DNA of 64,000 nucleotides from Paramecium tetraurelia. Its lineage: Eukaryota. The notes beneath the pieces are model-generated. The model saw nothing but the letters and a program-made list of their open reading frames with translations. It made no database searches and had not been told where the DNA came from. Shown here in pieces: positions 12,001 through 27,877 of the stretch. Where the stretch lies: contig CT868097.1 of the NCBI GenBank assembly GCA_000165425.1, forward strand, positions 6,867-70,866. The letters are read 5' to 3'. The translations under genes were made by a program, and so were the position numbers. Each line of letters opens with the position of its first letter. Positions within the stretch are counted from its first letter, which is position 1.

Positions 12001-14141
12001 TCAAGACTTGTGTGGCAATGTTTGAAACTATTAAATCAACTTTATCAAGGACTTATACTTGGAATATAGATCAATAGTATTTTCGAAAAATTTGGAGTTA
12101 TTAAAGAAATTTTATGTTTAAAATAATGTCATAGCTTATTATTTTTCCTATTCTTTAGTTGGTTTCCATCCTCAATTTTCTTTTTTTATTGCAGCACAAC
12201 TTAATATTATAATATTTTTTTAGGTATTTTTATTAAGTTATTATAATAGTCAGATAAAAAGCAAAGTATTTTTAGAATATTCTAATAAAACAAACCGTCA
12301 GCTTTGGATTTATTGGGAATAAGTTAAATGTATTAATAAATTAATATTTTATTATAATGTTACTTCACATATTCTTGGTTATATAATTGATGCACTCTTT
12401 TTAATCTGATGGCAAGAGGATGAATTATTATTTACAATTATTCAAGCAATAGTAAAACAATAGACTTTCTGGCTTATATATAGAAATCTTGTCTTTTTCA
12501 TACTTAAAGATACTTTTTATTAGTCTTTCACTTTCTTCTGATAGCTTTTGCTGATTTTAATTAAGCGATTTTAGTTTCTAGAGCTTTTCCTCACTGATTA
12601 AGCATTCATAATTAATTCTAATATCATTTAATTCATACATAGCCTCTTGAATATACTATTTTATGACATCAATAGTTTTTATGCCTCTCTAGCTAATTTG
12701 GCTTTGTGAACAATATTCGGTTTACACTCTCTCTCTCTAAGTTTAAGGGTCTTAATTTTTTTTCTGCAAGATAGCGTTAGGGCTAGTATTTTTTATTAAA
12801 GTTTTACATCTGACTTTCGGTGAATGATGATTTAATATTTACAGAAGCATTCAAAAAATTTTAGGCTTAAGTTGTTGTTCGAAATTTCTAATTATCTTTT
12901 TGATTAATTATCTTAGCATTAAAATTTGTTTCCGTACGGTCACAANNNNNNNNNNNNNNNNNNNNNNNNNNNNNNNNNNNNNNNNNNNNNNNNNNNNNNN
13001 NNNNNNNNNNNNNNNNNNNNNNNNNNNNNNNNNNNNNNNNNNNNNNNNNNNNNNNNNNNNNNNNNNAATTTAGATCATTAATCTTTTTGGTAACATCCTT
13101 GGTTTGTTGATTGTCTGTCTAAGTGACAAGAAGATTTGCTAATGATTAACTGTTATGATTGAATGTATTTAAATGTTATTATTTGTTATTATTATCCTAT
13201 GTTTGTACTTTGAAAGGCATAAAATTGTTTGGAATTACAGGGCATCGTTATATAGTTGGAAATTGAACCCTTTAATTTAGAGTAGGAATAGAAATTCTGT
13301 TTTAAGGATAGTATTAGATCATACTCTCAGCTAAGTCTACCAAAATTTAGCAGCGATTTGTATTTTAAATTTTGAATGGAACTTTCTCGATTTATTTTCT
13401 GAATTCTACTAGTTTCTTATCAGCAAATGGTAATTCACCTTTCATCATTTAATGAAGGATTAATCCAAGCTAAATTATATAAGGCGTATACAGCATAAAC
13501 ATCACGTTTGCTTTAAGGGTTAGGATCGTTTATATCAATTAGGTTATTTTTGCCCTCCTGTTTAGGGTCTTCATTTAGTTCTGGTGGGGCGTATATCGGA
13601 GTGCCAATCTAAGTCATATACATAGAGTTTGAACTGCAAACTTTACTAATTCCAAAGTCAGTCAACTTATAAATTAGTTAACCTTTTTGATTATTTATCA
13701 AAATATTTTCTGGTTTGATATCTCGATGGAGTATTTTTAGATTATATAAAATCTAATATCCAGATAAAAACTATTTTAAAAAATCCAGAATTTCCTCATC
13801 AGAAAAAAATTCACTTACTTTTTTCCTCTTATCTAATTCATCTTTTAAAGTACTCTGACATTTTTCCATTATTATGATTAAAGATTGTGTTGATTCGTCA
13901 AACTAATAATATTCAATTTTCACTAAATTTGAATTATTATGTTAAAATAACTTTTAAAGAATCACATCCTATTTTTTAAAGTTCTCCGAAGTCATTTCTT
14001 ATACGATCTAAATCAATAAAGATTTACTTTTGCACATAATTCCTTGCCCTTATTATAACCATCCTTGCAATTATATATACAACCTTCAGAACCATTAGCG
14101 ATTATATCTTTTTTATCAATCTCGTATTATCCAATTTTCAT
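12001..14141 (-). CDS. Ser/Thr protein kinase spanning an assembly gap, with a frame-disrupted C-terminal tail (3' end approximate)
   Basis: MKIGQYEIDKKDIIANGSEG, ELCAK, IIMEKC, HRDIKPENILI, YKLTDFGISK and IGTPIYAPPEL. The tail beyond the gap has a frameshift near 12850 and an in-frame TGA near 12172. Confidence 0.7.
12946..13066. other. Assembly gap (121 N)
   Basis: Run of N. Confidence 1.
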
Positions 14142-14481
14142 CTAAATAAATATATGTATGAATTACAAATAGAAATCACTTAACTACAAAAATAATCTAA
14201 TTCTATTATATGAAATAATTTATTTTTAATTTTTAATTATATGAATCAATTGCAGATCGTAAGATTTATTTCTTAATTACATATCTTAATTACTTTCTCT
14301 AAAAGGTTCTAATTAATTTAAATATTGCAATGGTCATTCTTTTTAATATGCATACTAATGTATTGTTATTAATCAATCAAATCTGAGGAATCGATATAAA
14401 TTTATTAATAAATCGTATTGTAAAACCTACTTTTTATTCATTTAAATATAAATTTATATATTATTCATTAAGGATATTGGA

Positions 14482-16841
<2,360 letters not shown>

Positions 16842-16960
16842 AAGCTATTAATTATTAAGATTGAATCATAATATAAATATATTAAATTACTTGATATTTC
16901 AAATTAGAAATTTGTATTTAATTTTTTATTTATTTGAGGTTCTATATACATTAAATTTAA

Positions 16961-17503
16961 TCATTTATAGGCTTATAAAAAACTAGTGGAGCTATTCATA
17001 GTCCAACGATTAAGGGAGCTTCTTGATTCATCTATTTTGATACACTTTTCTATTTTTGGTAATTACAAGCGAACTTTAAATTGAGTCTTTTTTTCAGATT
17101 CAACGAATGAGTTATCTTTGCATTTTTAAGGTCTTGATTAACTAAAATGTTTTTTATTGTTTCTTTAAGTGGAAGGCATAACAAGTGTTGTTGGTTAGAG
17201 AAATTCTGAATATTCATTAACATATAATTATGGCATTGCTCTATAATCTATGCTTGAGGAAAGCTTAGCTTTTTTTAATGGCATATCTTAGACTTGAATT
17301 CTATTTAGGAATAGAGCAGGATAATTCTAATTTTAAATAGGAGATAGTTTTCTTTCTATTTTTAATCTTGTTTGCTTAATTGGTTAAGTATTTATATTTA
17401 AAGGTTCAAAATGCAGTAGCCTCATCTTAAATTCGATGTTCTCAGTAAGAATATTAGAATTTTTGTTTCTAAAAGGTGAGAAACTGCTGAGTACATTGTT
17501 CAT
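16961..17503 (-). CDS. Hypothetical protein (start could extend to 17665)
   Basis: Open frame MNNVLSSFSPFRNK...SLNRWTMNSSTSFLQAYK ending at TGA. Confidence 0.6.
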
Positions 17504-17686
17504 TACGTAATTATTGTTAAAATATTTATACTGAATTTGGACTGTTTAATAAATAGATTCTTAATTTGGAATTGAATATTGATGGATTTTACGAAGTTGA
17601 TATTTATATAATTTCTAATACACAAATGATAATGTAATTGTGAGAATAGAGACGCTGAGATTCATCAATTAAATATAAATATAAAT

Positions 17687-19368
17687 ATGAGACCTGATTT
17701 TTTCATGGAAAAGAATATAAGAATACTGGAGAAGATAGGGTAGGGAGCTTTTGGTTAAGTGTATAAGGGTTTATACAAGAACGAGGAAGTGGCAATTAAG
17801 GTAAAGTTGATTTGATTTTTTAGTTTTTGTAAGATGCATAAATTTAGGAAACATCAATCATGGAAAATCTTTAGCATAAGAATATCATAAAATTTTATTA
17901 GGTTGTTTATTTTATATAGTTTAAGTATTTCAAACAAGGGAATTGCTAATATTTGGTGATGGAATATGCAGCTGGAGGTTCATTGAAAGAATTGATGAAA
18001 CAAAGTTTAGATGAGTTGACGATTAGTTAAATCATGGAATCTATTTTTACAGGAATCGAATATCTTCATTCTAAGTAGATCATACATCGAGATATCAAGC
18101 CTGGTATTTTAACATAACTCATTTAGATAATATCTTAATTAAAAACACAGAAGATCTTTCCAGCATCAAGATTGCTGACTTTGGTTTAAGTTATTAATAC
18201 AAACCGGAAATTCGTTATTATTAGACTGTTTCAAAATAGTGTGGAACCTTTATATTTATGGCACCAGAATAAATATTAAATAAAACTTATAACAAGGCTG
18301 TTGACATGTGGTCTTGTGGGATCGTCCTTTACATGCTATTGAATCAAGGAAAACATCCGTTTTTTCCAAGGATTTTCACTAAAAAAGAATTTATCAACAG
18401 TTTCCCAGATTTTAAATATGAACAACCCTTGCATGTATCTCCTCTTGCAAGGGACCTCTTATAAAGATTGTTATAAAATGATCAAGATTCTCGATATACT
18501 GCCGCCTAAGCATTAGTTCATCCATGGATTACTCGAAAATTTAATGATCCAATCCCAATGTGTGTTAAACAATTCGGAATTTGTTAAGAATAAAAAAGAA
18601 AAGTATTATTTATAATTATTATAGAATTTTTAATTATTATAATCAGTTTTGTTTATAATTTATTTGCAACAAATATCAATTAAACAATCTCCTAATCTTT
18701 CCAAAAAAGATCTAAATGAATTTAAAATTTTAATTGCTGAATTAGAAGAAGATAAGCAAGAACAACAATAAAATCTAGGGAACATCAGTCCTAAAAATTA
18801 ATAAATCCCATTTCAGTTATCAATAGCCAGACCTACCAAAATATTCAAAGCTTATAGAACTTTAAACAGAACACCTTCAAAAGAAAAGCATTATCGATTA
18901 AATGCTATTCTTAATTAAAAAAATGAGTCTAGTAAAGAATTAAACATGTTCAAGTTTAATTAACAACATAGTATTGATAATGATAAAAGAATCGTTCCCT
19001 TTGATCCGGATTCCCCAATGAAAAATTCAAAAAGTGTTTAACCAAGTAAAGTACTTCTTCCAGCACTGTCAGAATCAACTTAGACTTCTCTAAGTCCTTC
19101 AAAATTGACGAAGGTTCCTATTGTAAAACATACCTCATTTAGAAAAACAGGATGTTCTTTTTTTCTCGGATTAAATAGAATTAATAATAATTCAGTCCAA
19201 GAGTCTGAAACAGTAAGAAGTAAAGAAGACATTCATGATAAAGGGTCAATTATTAATACTCAAAGGTCAACTTTCAAATAATAAAGTAATTAATTTAGTA
19301 GTATTTTTAAATCCTAAAATAAAACCGTAGAACAATCTTTTTATACAAAAAAAAAAATACTAATCTGA
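17687..19368 (+). CDS. CAMK-group Ser/Thr kinase
   Basis: IGQGAFGQVYKG, VAIK, LVMEYAAGGSL, HRDIKPDNILI, IADFGLS, CGTFIFMAPEQ and VDMWSCG. Low-complexity tail. Short introns. Confidence 0.88.
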
Positions 19369-19391
19369 TAAAAGTATAATTATGAATAAAT

Positions 19392-19874
19392 TCAAACTTT
19401 ATTCATTTTATTCTTTCTATTAAACATCATATCTATATTTCCGATTGCTTTTTAATTTTTCTTCCAATTCCCAGTATTTAAAAATGAAAAATTCTATAAT
19501 TTTAATAGATATTATATTACTTGGTTTTTAAAGCAACTTTCATACTTTTCCTTTTCTATCATCTTCTTCTTTTGAGTTTTATTTTATGATATTTTAGAAT
19601 TATTTACAGATTTAGATATATTATCTCTGTATGAGCTTAACATTATTTCATATTAATGCTTATTAGATTTGGCAGTGGTAGTTTAAAGTCTCCAAGCTTA
19701 ATTTTGTTATTTTTTCAACTATTGTAATTGAATAGGAAATCTCTCAGAATTCAAGTCAAAACTATAACTCTTTTGTTGTTTTTGATCCAAATAATTGGGT
19801 CGCTTTATCAATTCTTACTGTAATTGAGGTTTTAGACAACCAGAGAATTCTAATTATAATTGTTAAAAAATCAT
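19392..19874 (-). CDS. Hypothetical protein; first ATG overlaps the COG2 stop (ends approximate)
   Basis: Open frame MIFQQLQLEFSGCLKPQLQQELIKRPNYLDQ... of about 120 or more codons. 3' structure uncertain. Confidence 0.4.
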
Positions 19875-21685
19875 TAATATAATTTAGTTATCATAATGTT
19901 TTTTATTTCTTCTTCATCCAGTTAGAACTACATTCTTATTTTTTGATTATCCAATGCATCATTTTTTTTGACTCCCATTTTAGCCATTAATTCTTCATTT
20001 TTATCACATGTATCAAGAGCTTACTTTTTAATTACTTAAAATCGTTCTAAAGTAGTATTGCATACCTTAATTTTATAAAATCATTATACTTTTTCACATG
20101 TTAATTTCTTGGTGGAATCATCTTCCAATTTTAATAAATAACTCTAAAGTGGTTTAAAAATGTTTATGCAAAAATTTGAAGGTTAATTGGGCATGTCTCT
20201 ATTTGTCATCCTAAATTTAGCTGGTATTCCACTAAAAGGTTCCAAATTTTATTAACACTCTATCTTGATCTATACTATTGCAATATCTATTAATTCTGAA
20301 ATCACGGATCTAATTTTATCCAATTATAACATTATAATGTCCTATTGCAATACTGACAAATTAATTTTTGATAGATTATTTATAATAATTGGTATTTTAT
20401 CAGTTTAAATGGAATTCTTATTTGATTTTATGAAATTGCAAAATCTTGTTATAATTTATATAGCTAATGTATAAAATTTCTATCTTAATAAGGAGATATA
20501 AACTTTTTATGAAAAACAATTCTCTATAATATTTTATAAAACCAAATGAAAATTGTATTCATTATTAGTTAGTTAAATTGAAAGTTCCGATTCTAATTTT
20601 TTAATAATTTCTGCTTATCTCATAGAAAAGTATGTTGATAAATTCCATTTCTCCATAAACTTTTTTTCTACTTCTGATCCCTTCTCAAAATTTACTTTAA
20701 GAGTTTATTTAACATTCTAAATATTCTAATAGTTTTATTAAAACAAATCCAATACTCCCAAGGAATAAATATTAACACATTCTTTTGTAGACAAATATAT
20801 ATAGAGTAATTCCACTAAAATATTTTTAAATGAAAATGTTTCAGTTTCAACTTTAGCTATTTCAATATTGTTCTCGTATATCTATAATACTGATTGCAAG
20901 AACTACTCTAAATTTGATGTATCCTTTGTCAATAAATTCTTATTTAATTTAGCAAAGGCCATATCAAATGCAGGCTTTAATAAAAATTATACAAGTAATT
21001 TCTCAGGTGTCTTATTTAATTGCATTTTTTGAAATGATCTAAGAATACAAGCAAATTTTATAGAATTAAAATTTTACAAACAATCCACAAATTCCTTTTC
21101 TAATAAATTTTAAAATTAACATTAATTCTGTTGAATAATCTGCAGCAAGTCAAATTACAACATTAATTATCTACAATGAGGTGATTTATCTAATTCTGTG
21201 TATAATTATCTTGATTTCACAATTAACTCACTTGTTTCAAGTAAATTGTAATTGGACATCCCTTTACTGAAATCTACACTCTCTAATACATTTATTAATT
21301 TCCTTAAGTCCTTCATACTATATTGGAGATTCTATATTAATTTTAAGTTTTCAACAATGACATTTATCTAATATATTCTTTATTATAAATTGTCTTAAGT
21401 AAGGACAATAATATCTGTAATATTGCTAAATTAGAGTGTAAGATTATCCAATTAAGATTGCAAAGATGTTAATTATGTGCTTATTTCAACATAATCCTCT
21501 AAGTTATTATCGACAGAACTCGCAATATCTTCACACGTTTATGATTATATTTAAGCTATTTAAGGCATTGATTATTCTATCTTCTTGTAATTGATCTCGA
21601 AATTAGCTTAAACGAAATTCTTAAGTATGAATTCTCTTACATCGAATTCACTATTCATAAGCTCATCATATTAATTACTTATCAT
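19871..21685 (-). CDS. COG2: Conserved oligomeric Golgi complex subunit 2
   Basis: N-terminal EFDVREFI...SVDNNLEDYVEISTQL, FMEKWNLSTYFSMRQAEI, GIPAKFRMTNRDMPNQPSNF...IFKPL and DNQKIRMQFQLD resemble COG2 motifs. Confidence 0.8.
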
Positions 21686-21710
21686 AAATAAAATTAAATA
21701 TATAATTAAT

Positions 21711-21854
21711 ATGTTCTTCCTTCAACCCCAATAAGAGAAATAGTAAGCAACTAGAGAATTCAGAAGCAAGCAATTGAAAGAAGTGTTTAAAGCAGCCATT
21801 TTATTTGGAGTATTAAAATTAGCAGCAATTGCATTCAAACCTAAGAAGGCATGA
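21711..21854 (+). CDS. 47-aa tail-anchored microprotein, Tom5-like candidate
   Basis: Intronless ORF MFFLQPQQEKQQATREFRSKQLKEVFKAAILFGVLKLAAIAFKPKKA with coding-like GC, preceded by an AT-only leader. Confidence 0.65.
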
Positions 21855-21886
21855 TCATACATTTATTTTTAAATAAACATGAAAAA

Positions 21887-24766
21887 TCACTCTTGAAAAT
21901 CTAAACTCGTTGCACTTTTAGGTTTTGTTTATTTAGATCCATCTTGATTATAATCTAATTTTAGAGATAACTTCGCACTTGCCCCAGAGGTCTTTTTCCC
22001 AATCTTCTTAACCAATTGTTCATTTGAGGATTCAGACTTTTCAGATTTGTCATCTTTTACTTTATCCAATAATTCTTATCTTCTTTTTCTTTCTTACAGA
22101 TCTATATAAATAATATATATTAAAATTAAATACCTGAGCTTCCTGTTACCTAAGACTATGATAACATTTACATTTATAATTCCTCTATCAATTAATCCTT
22201 TTTATTTAATTCTTCTTAATTTTCACTTCTCAATTGTTTTAGTTCCTCGTTCTCATGTAATATTTAGTTCATTTTCTAATAATATTCTTGATCAGAGGTT
22301 TATTCTAATTATTATTATAAATTTTGAATGAGGGTTTCCTACTCTAGGAACCTTTATTCATAAAATGCCTTCATCTAATTAATATCCTGATTTTCAGTGT
22401 AAGCATCCTTGTTTATTTCATTCATTTATAATAATTGATCCTCAAGTTATTGTATCTAATATTAATTTTCAACTATTTAATTTTCCTTATCCAAAATAAT
22501 TTTGTTAAGATCTTCAACTTAAGTTATAAAATTTTATATTTAATCGTAAGCCTCTATAATATAATAATATATATATATACTTGAGTAATAATTATACATT
22601 TCTTCATATTGCAATTGAATTTTGTTTTTCTATTCAGTCAATTCTCCAATTTATTGTTGCAAATTAGATTGATTCTCTTCATATTCGCCTAATTCTTCAT
22701 TCAAAGTTTGAATCTTTTCTTTGAGATCATTAATGCATTTCTCATCAGCATTTTTTTTTATATTAGCTTCATCTTCAAATGATTCCTCTTTTTTAATTGA
22801 TTTTCTCAAGGCATTTCTTATATTTCCAGAATTAAATGAATTCTAAATATCCAACAAATGTTATTAAGATTATTTGGACAATTATTCATTTTTATCAACT
22901 TCCTGTTATAAATCGGTTTGCACTAAAATAACAATATAAAGTACATTTTAAGTATAAATTTTAGGTTGAATTCAATTAATCATTTAATTCAACTATCTAT
23001 GCATTTAATGTATTGATTTATTCTTATTGTTCCTCTTCTTAAATATTCTACCATTACTACTTCATTTGATTTTCGGTTTCTAATTTTTCAAATTAAGTTT
23101 TTAAATTTAAATACTTCTTTTCAAAGTCTTCATCATTTTATTTTTAATTGATTTCTTTGATTTACTTCTTTAATTCATCGATTTCAAAATTTTTATTGTT
23201 AACAATAAGTTCATACTATTGGAGATGTTCCTTAAGTTCAGTAATCTTTTAGGATTGATCTTCTGGATTATTTTTGTTTATTTGATTTAATTATTCCACA
23301 AAGTTTTATATTTTTTTTTCATATTCATTAATAGTTTCCTCAAGTTCAGTATTTTGAATTTCCATCCATTCTATTTTCATTTTGGATTCAGATTCCAATT
23401 TCTCATATTATGTCTTCAATTATTAAATCTTTTCTTCATAATCATCATTTTTTAAACTACATTTTTATTTTGTTAATTCTACTTTTAATTTATGGATTTC
23501 TTCATTCTTATCTGAAACTATGTGTTCATAAGAATTAATTTAATCTTATAATTGACTGGATGATAGTTTGGTTTCATCTTTTTGTATTTCAATTTGACCA
23601 ATCAAAACATCATTTTATTTTTGCAATTCTTCAATTTTTTGACTTAATTAATCATTCTCTTATTTGAGATCTTCAAGCTAAGATTTTTGTAAGTTAAGCC
23701 ATTCTTATTTCATGATATCTTGAGTTTATAGGTCAGTATATTATTAATATAAATCATCATATTTGATCGATATTTATTTAATTTCTGATTCATATGATTA
23801 AGGATTTGTAGATTCTGAAAGTTTTCCTTCCAATTCTTGTATCACTTGAGCCAACTATTAAAGTTGTAATTATTATTCATTATAAACATCTTAGAGTTGA
23901 TTTAAGTTTGATAGTTCTTTTTAATATTCCTAGACTTTGTTTTAGAGTGATTAGATTTCTTATTGTTTATCATCCATTTATTTAGCAGTCTATTTGGATA
24001 GGTCTTATTGATGCTATGATTGTTTTTCTAAATCTTTAACTAATTTTTCTAATTGATTATTTTTTAATCCTAATTCGCTTATTTATAATTAAAACTAATT
24101 TTTATGTTGCTGACCCTTATCATGCTCTTGAATTGATTTTTTTAATTCATCATTAGATTATTATAAGGATTAGTTTTCTTTGGTTAATTTCTCTATTTGT
24201 TTTTCAAAACTATTTTTTTCTTGTTTCATCTCATCAATTGTTTAAATAAATTTTTAAACATTTTCCTCATATTGCAGCATTTATTAATCATTAAATTTAT
24301 GGTGAGATGTCTTTCTAAATTGATTTAATTATTCAGAATATTTTTTATTTTCAATTTCTAATTTTTTATTGTCAATAGAATGCTTTTCATTTCTATCACT
24401 CAATTCTTAGATTTATTTTTTTTATTTGGCAATTTATTCATTAAGTTATTGAACTAAGATCTAAAATTATTATTTTTCTGTATTTGGTAATAAAGAAGTT
24501 TATTAATGTCCAGATGTTTTAGGCACTTAATTTAGGGTCTTAGAATCATTGATATCTTACTTAGTCTTTCCATCTTATTTCTCTTTTAATTAATTAAGAG
24601 TATCCCATCTTTTTTACAGAGTTTCGTATTTATCTTTCCAAATTTCAAGTTCTTTAGATGATGCTTCCTTCTCAAATTTGAACCTTAAGCAGATTTCTTC
24701 ATACATTTTCTTATATTGTTTCAACACAAGAGTACTAATATCACTAACAGGATTTTTAGGTAGCAT
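21887..24766 (-). CDS. Large coiled-coil protein
   Basis: MLPKNPVSDISTLVLKQYKKMYEEICLRF... Long Q/E/K-rich heptads, several short introns, ends SATSLDFQE then TGA. Confidence 0.8.
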
Positions 24767-24958
24767 ATTGGAAAATAGATTATAAAAATGAATTAAATTT
24801 TATTTTGATTAATATTCATTTATTTTTTGATAGGAATTTATTTGATTGTAATATGAAAAATGGAGAATGGAGAGGTTTAATGATTAAATATAAAAAATAA
24901 ATGCACAATTGGTTTTGAATTGAAAATAATTTATTTTAACAGAAAATAATTTAAACAA

Positions 24959-25283
24959 ATGAGCACTCAAAGATTTGATATAGTTAGATAAGGATTGAAT
25001 ATCACATCACCAATGAAGAGTGATATAGTGGATCTATATAAGAGAGCCTTAACCCAGAAACAATATTAAAATAAAGCTGATTATATACGATATCATTTAG
25101 AATAAAAATATGGTAAAGACATCAATTTAAATCGCAGGACGTTGTTGGTGTGTTTTATTGAGTAGTTTGCATAGTGAATAAGAGTATGATTTAGCAGATC
25201 CTGAACATTTTTTATTTGAATTAAAATCATCAGAACATCATATTCTAGTTTATTTGATTCCTGAATATAATTATTAAATATGA
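24959..25283 (+). CDS. Divergent dynein light chain type 1 (LC8-like) protein
   Basis: MKSDIVDLYKRAL...KADYIRYHLEQKYG, a 25-nt intron, then RCWCVLL...HILVY. Fits the DLC 'A..IK..ld.kyg..W.c.vg' pattern. Confidence 0.55.
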
Positions 25284-26571
25284 AAAAATTACCCAAAAGT
25301 TATCTTGAACCTAAAATTTTTGATAACAAATATATAATCAAGAATCAACTCAGCTCAGGATCTTTCAGTGTTGTTTATTTGGCAATTCACAAAGTTACCA
25401 GGGAAGAAGTTGCAGTCAAATTAGAAAAGGAGAACATGAAACTTTGGATCAAGAAGTTTATTTACTGACGAAAATATAAGGAATATAAGGAATAACAAAA
25501 TTGTATTGGTTTGGAGCAGAATAAAATTATAATGTAATAGTTGTTGAATTATTGGGACGAGACCTAGGGTATTATAGTAGAACATATAAATAATTATCAC
25601 TGAAAACTGGATTGCAATTATTGGATTAATTATTGACTATCTTTAAATAAGTGCATTCAAGAGGAATAGTGCATAGGGATTTGAAACCAGAAAACATAAT
25701 GATAGGCAAATAAAATCAGTCTATTATAAGACCATTTAAAGATAGAAAATCATTTATTGGAACTACTAGATATGCTTCAATTGCTGCTCATAGAAATTTG
25801 AAATTAGTAAGAAGGATGATCTAGAATCAATGATGTATGTCATTATCTACTTAATTTTAGGGTATTTTGTAATTTGTAATTTTAAGTAAGTTACCATGGT
25901 AGAATTTATAAATTATATGGTGATAAGGATAGAACTGTAGCTGTTGGAGAATTTAAAATAAATACAACCATTGAGACATTATGTTAGGAATTGCCAAATC
26001 AATTTGCTGACTACCTTAGGTTAATATATCATAAATATAATAAGATATTTGAAGACTTTAAGATTTGAAGATTAACCTGACTATCTCATGCTCAAGGATT
26101 TAATGAAACAATGTAGCCTACCCAATACATATGATAATCGATTTGAATGGACTGATAAATATTAATCTAAGGATTCTCTATTGGAAGTCAAAGTTTAGGG
26201 TTCATTTTTGGTTGTTCCTGGAAATGATTGTGTCCAAAGATCTCATACTAAAAAAGTAATCCAATGTCTCAAATCTTGGTATTTACATTTATTAATTTTA
26301 GGATCTTCGTTATCAAATGTTGTTAAATATGTTCCGTCTTTTCAGGATGCTGTGTAATTGAAGTAACCTTCTTAAACTCAGATAAAAATTGCTGCAAGTC
26401 AACCTCATATGGATTTAAATTTACATAGTGAAACTGTTGATTTTGAGGACATAGAAGAAAATATAAATGATCATCAAACCTTAGTATAAAAATACTAAAA
26501 TTTGTTAGGATTTGATGCTAAATATAAAGAAGAAAAATTTAAATTTCTCGTTCTGCAATTAATGTTTTTGA
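25280..26571 (+). pseudogene. Casein kinase 1 (CK1) pseudogene
   Basis: SSGSFSVVY, VAVKLE, LLGRDL, HRDLKPENIMIG, FIGTTRYASIAAH, KDDLES and LPWQ are present. Frameshifts near 25436 and 25797, and the DFG segment is deleted near 25726. Confidence 0.8.
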
Positions 26572-26674
26572 TTAATGAATTTAGAATTAACTTTCAAAAT
26601 ATTATAATAATATAATAGATCTAGAAATTATTAATTCATTTAATCAACTATTTATGAAATATTTAACAAGAATT

Positions 26675-27829
26675 TCATAATCTTAATAATACTGAACCAA
26701 CTGTTTAGTTTTTTTTATGTTTACTTATTGGTACTAATTTAACATGCTGACTTTGTGATCTACAATTATTAATGTTATTACTTAAGCATTGGTTATGACT
26801 TTTCTAATTTAATAAGCTTACTACTTTTGGATGTTTTTTGAGCATCCAAATAGTTACTGTGAATCATATAGATTGGTAATGGCTAATGATCAAAGATTAA
26901 AGGTAAGATTTTATGACTGTTACCTATTTAAGATACATAGCTATACTAATTTTAATTAAATTTTGAATAGCTTTCCTTTCAGTAAGTGAGGCCTATTCAA
27001 CCAAATTAGCAAAACTTCTTTTATTATATTTAAGGATTTGCTTATATTGTTCTTCTCTAATAGGTTTATGTTTAATTGGCAATTGTTGAACTGATTCTAC
27101 GATTGATTCATCTTCATCATAGTCTTCTTCTTATCTAATTGGAGGAACCAACAGTTGATGTTTGGCTGGCAAAGATTCAGTCTTTTCATCAAATATATTG
27201 ATTCGCAATTTAAAATGAAAATCATCAAGAGTTCCTTACTGATGTCTTAAAATATATTATTAGTAAATGACTTTGTTAATTCTAAAGACTAGATGAGAAT
27301 CTAATGGAGTCGCTGGTAGGCAACATCTTTGATTATGACCAGTATTTTATTTGTATTGAAACTTTATTGTAGTTTATCGTTTATCCCACATTTTTCTTTG
27401 AGGCACAACCGATAATAAATTACTGGATTAATTATTTTTAATTTCTTTTAAAGAGCACATATTGATTGGAGGCAATTCCACATTTCTTTTCTTGTTATTT
27501 GAAAAAGTCTCTTAAAATGTTATAACATTGACTGCTTTTTTGAGCATATCTTTATTGTGATTATGTCTCTTATTTCTCAGTCTCAATTATTTCTGTTGCT
27601 AAATTTTAGTTTGCTTTTCTTGATTCTTTCTTTCATTTTCAAACAATTTATAGGCTACATTGAAATATGGTTGAAACTATTAGATAATAGATGTGGTGTA
27701 TTTCATTTTTTTGTTTACTAAACCACATTCTGAACATTCACAGCTCCTTCTTTTGACTGGGGTCTTATCTATTTTTGGTATTTTAGCATTCATTTTAAAT
27801 GACTGTCCAAGTTCCCTTCTATTTCTCAT
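26675..27829 (-). CDS. Hypothetical protein with RRSCECSECG motif
   Basis: Open frame from MRNRRELGQSFKM... to TGA at 26675. Confidence 0.7.
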
Positions 27830-27877
27830 TATTAATTATATAATTTGTAATTAAATATTATAAAATCAATCATTATA

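Noticed and set aside
11339..12945. Apparent plus-strand ion-channel-like hydrophobic fragments
   Set aside because: 12001-12945 is better explained as the antisense of the minus-strand kinase tail. The remainder has no continuous frame.
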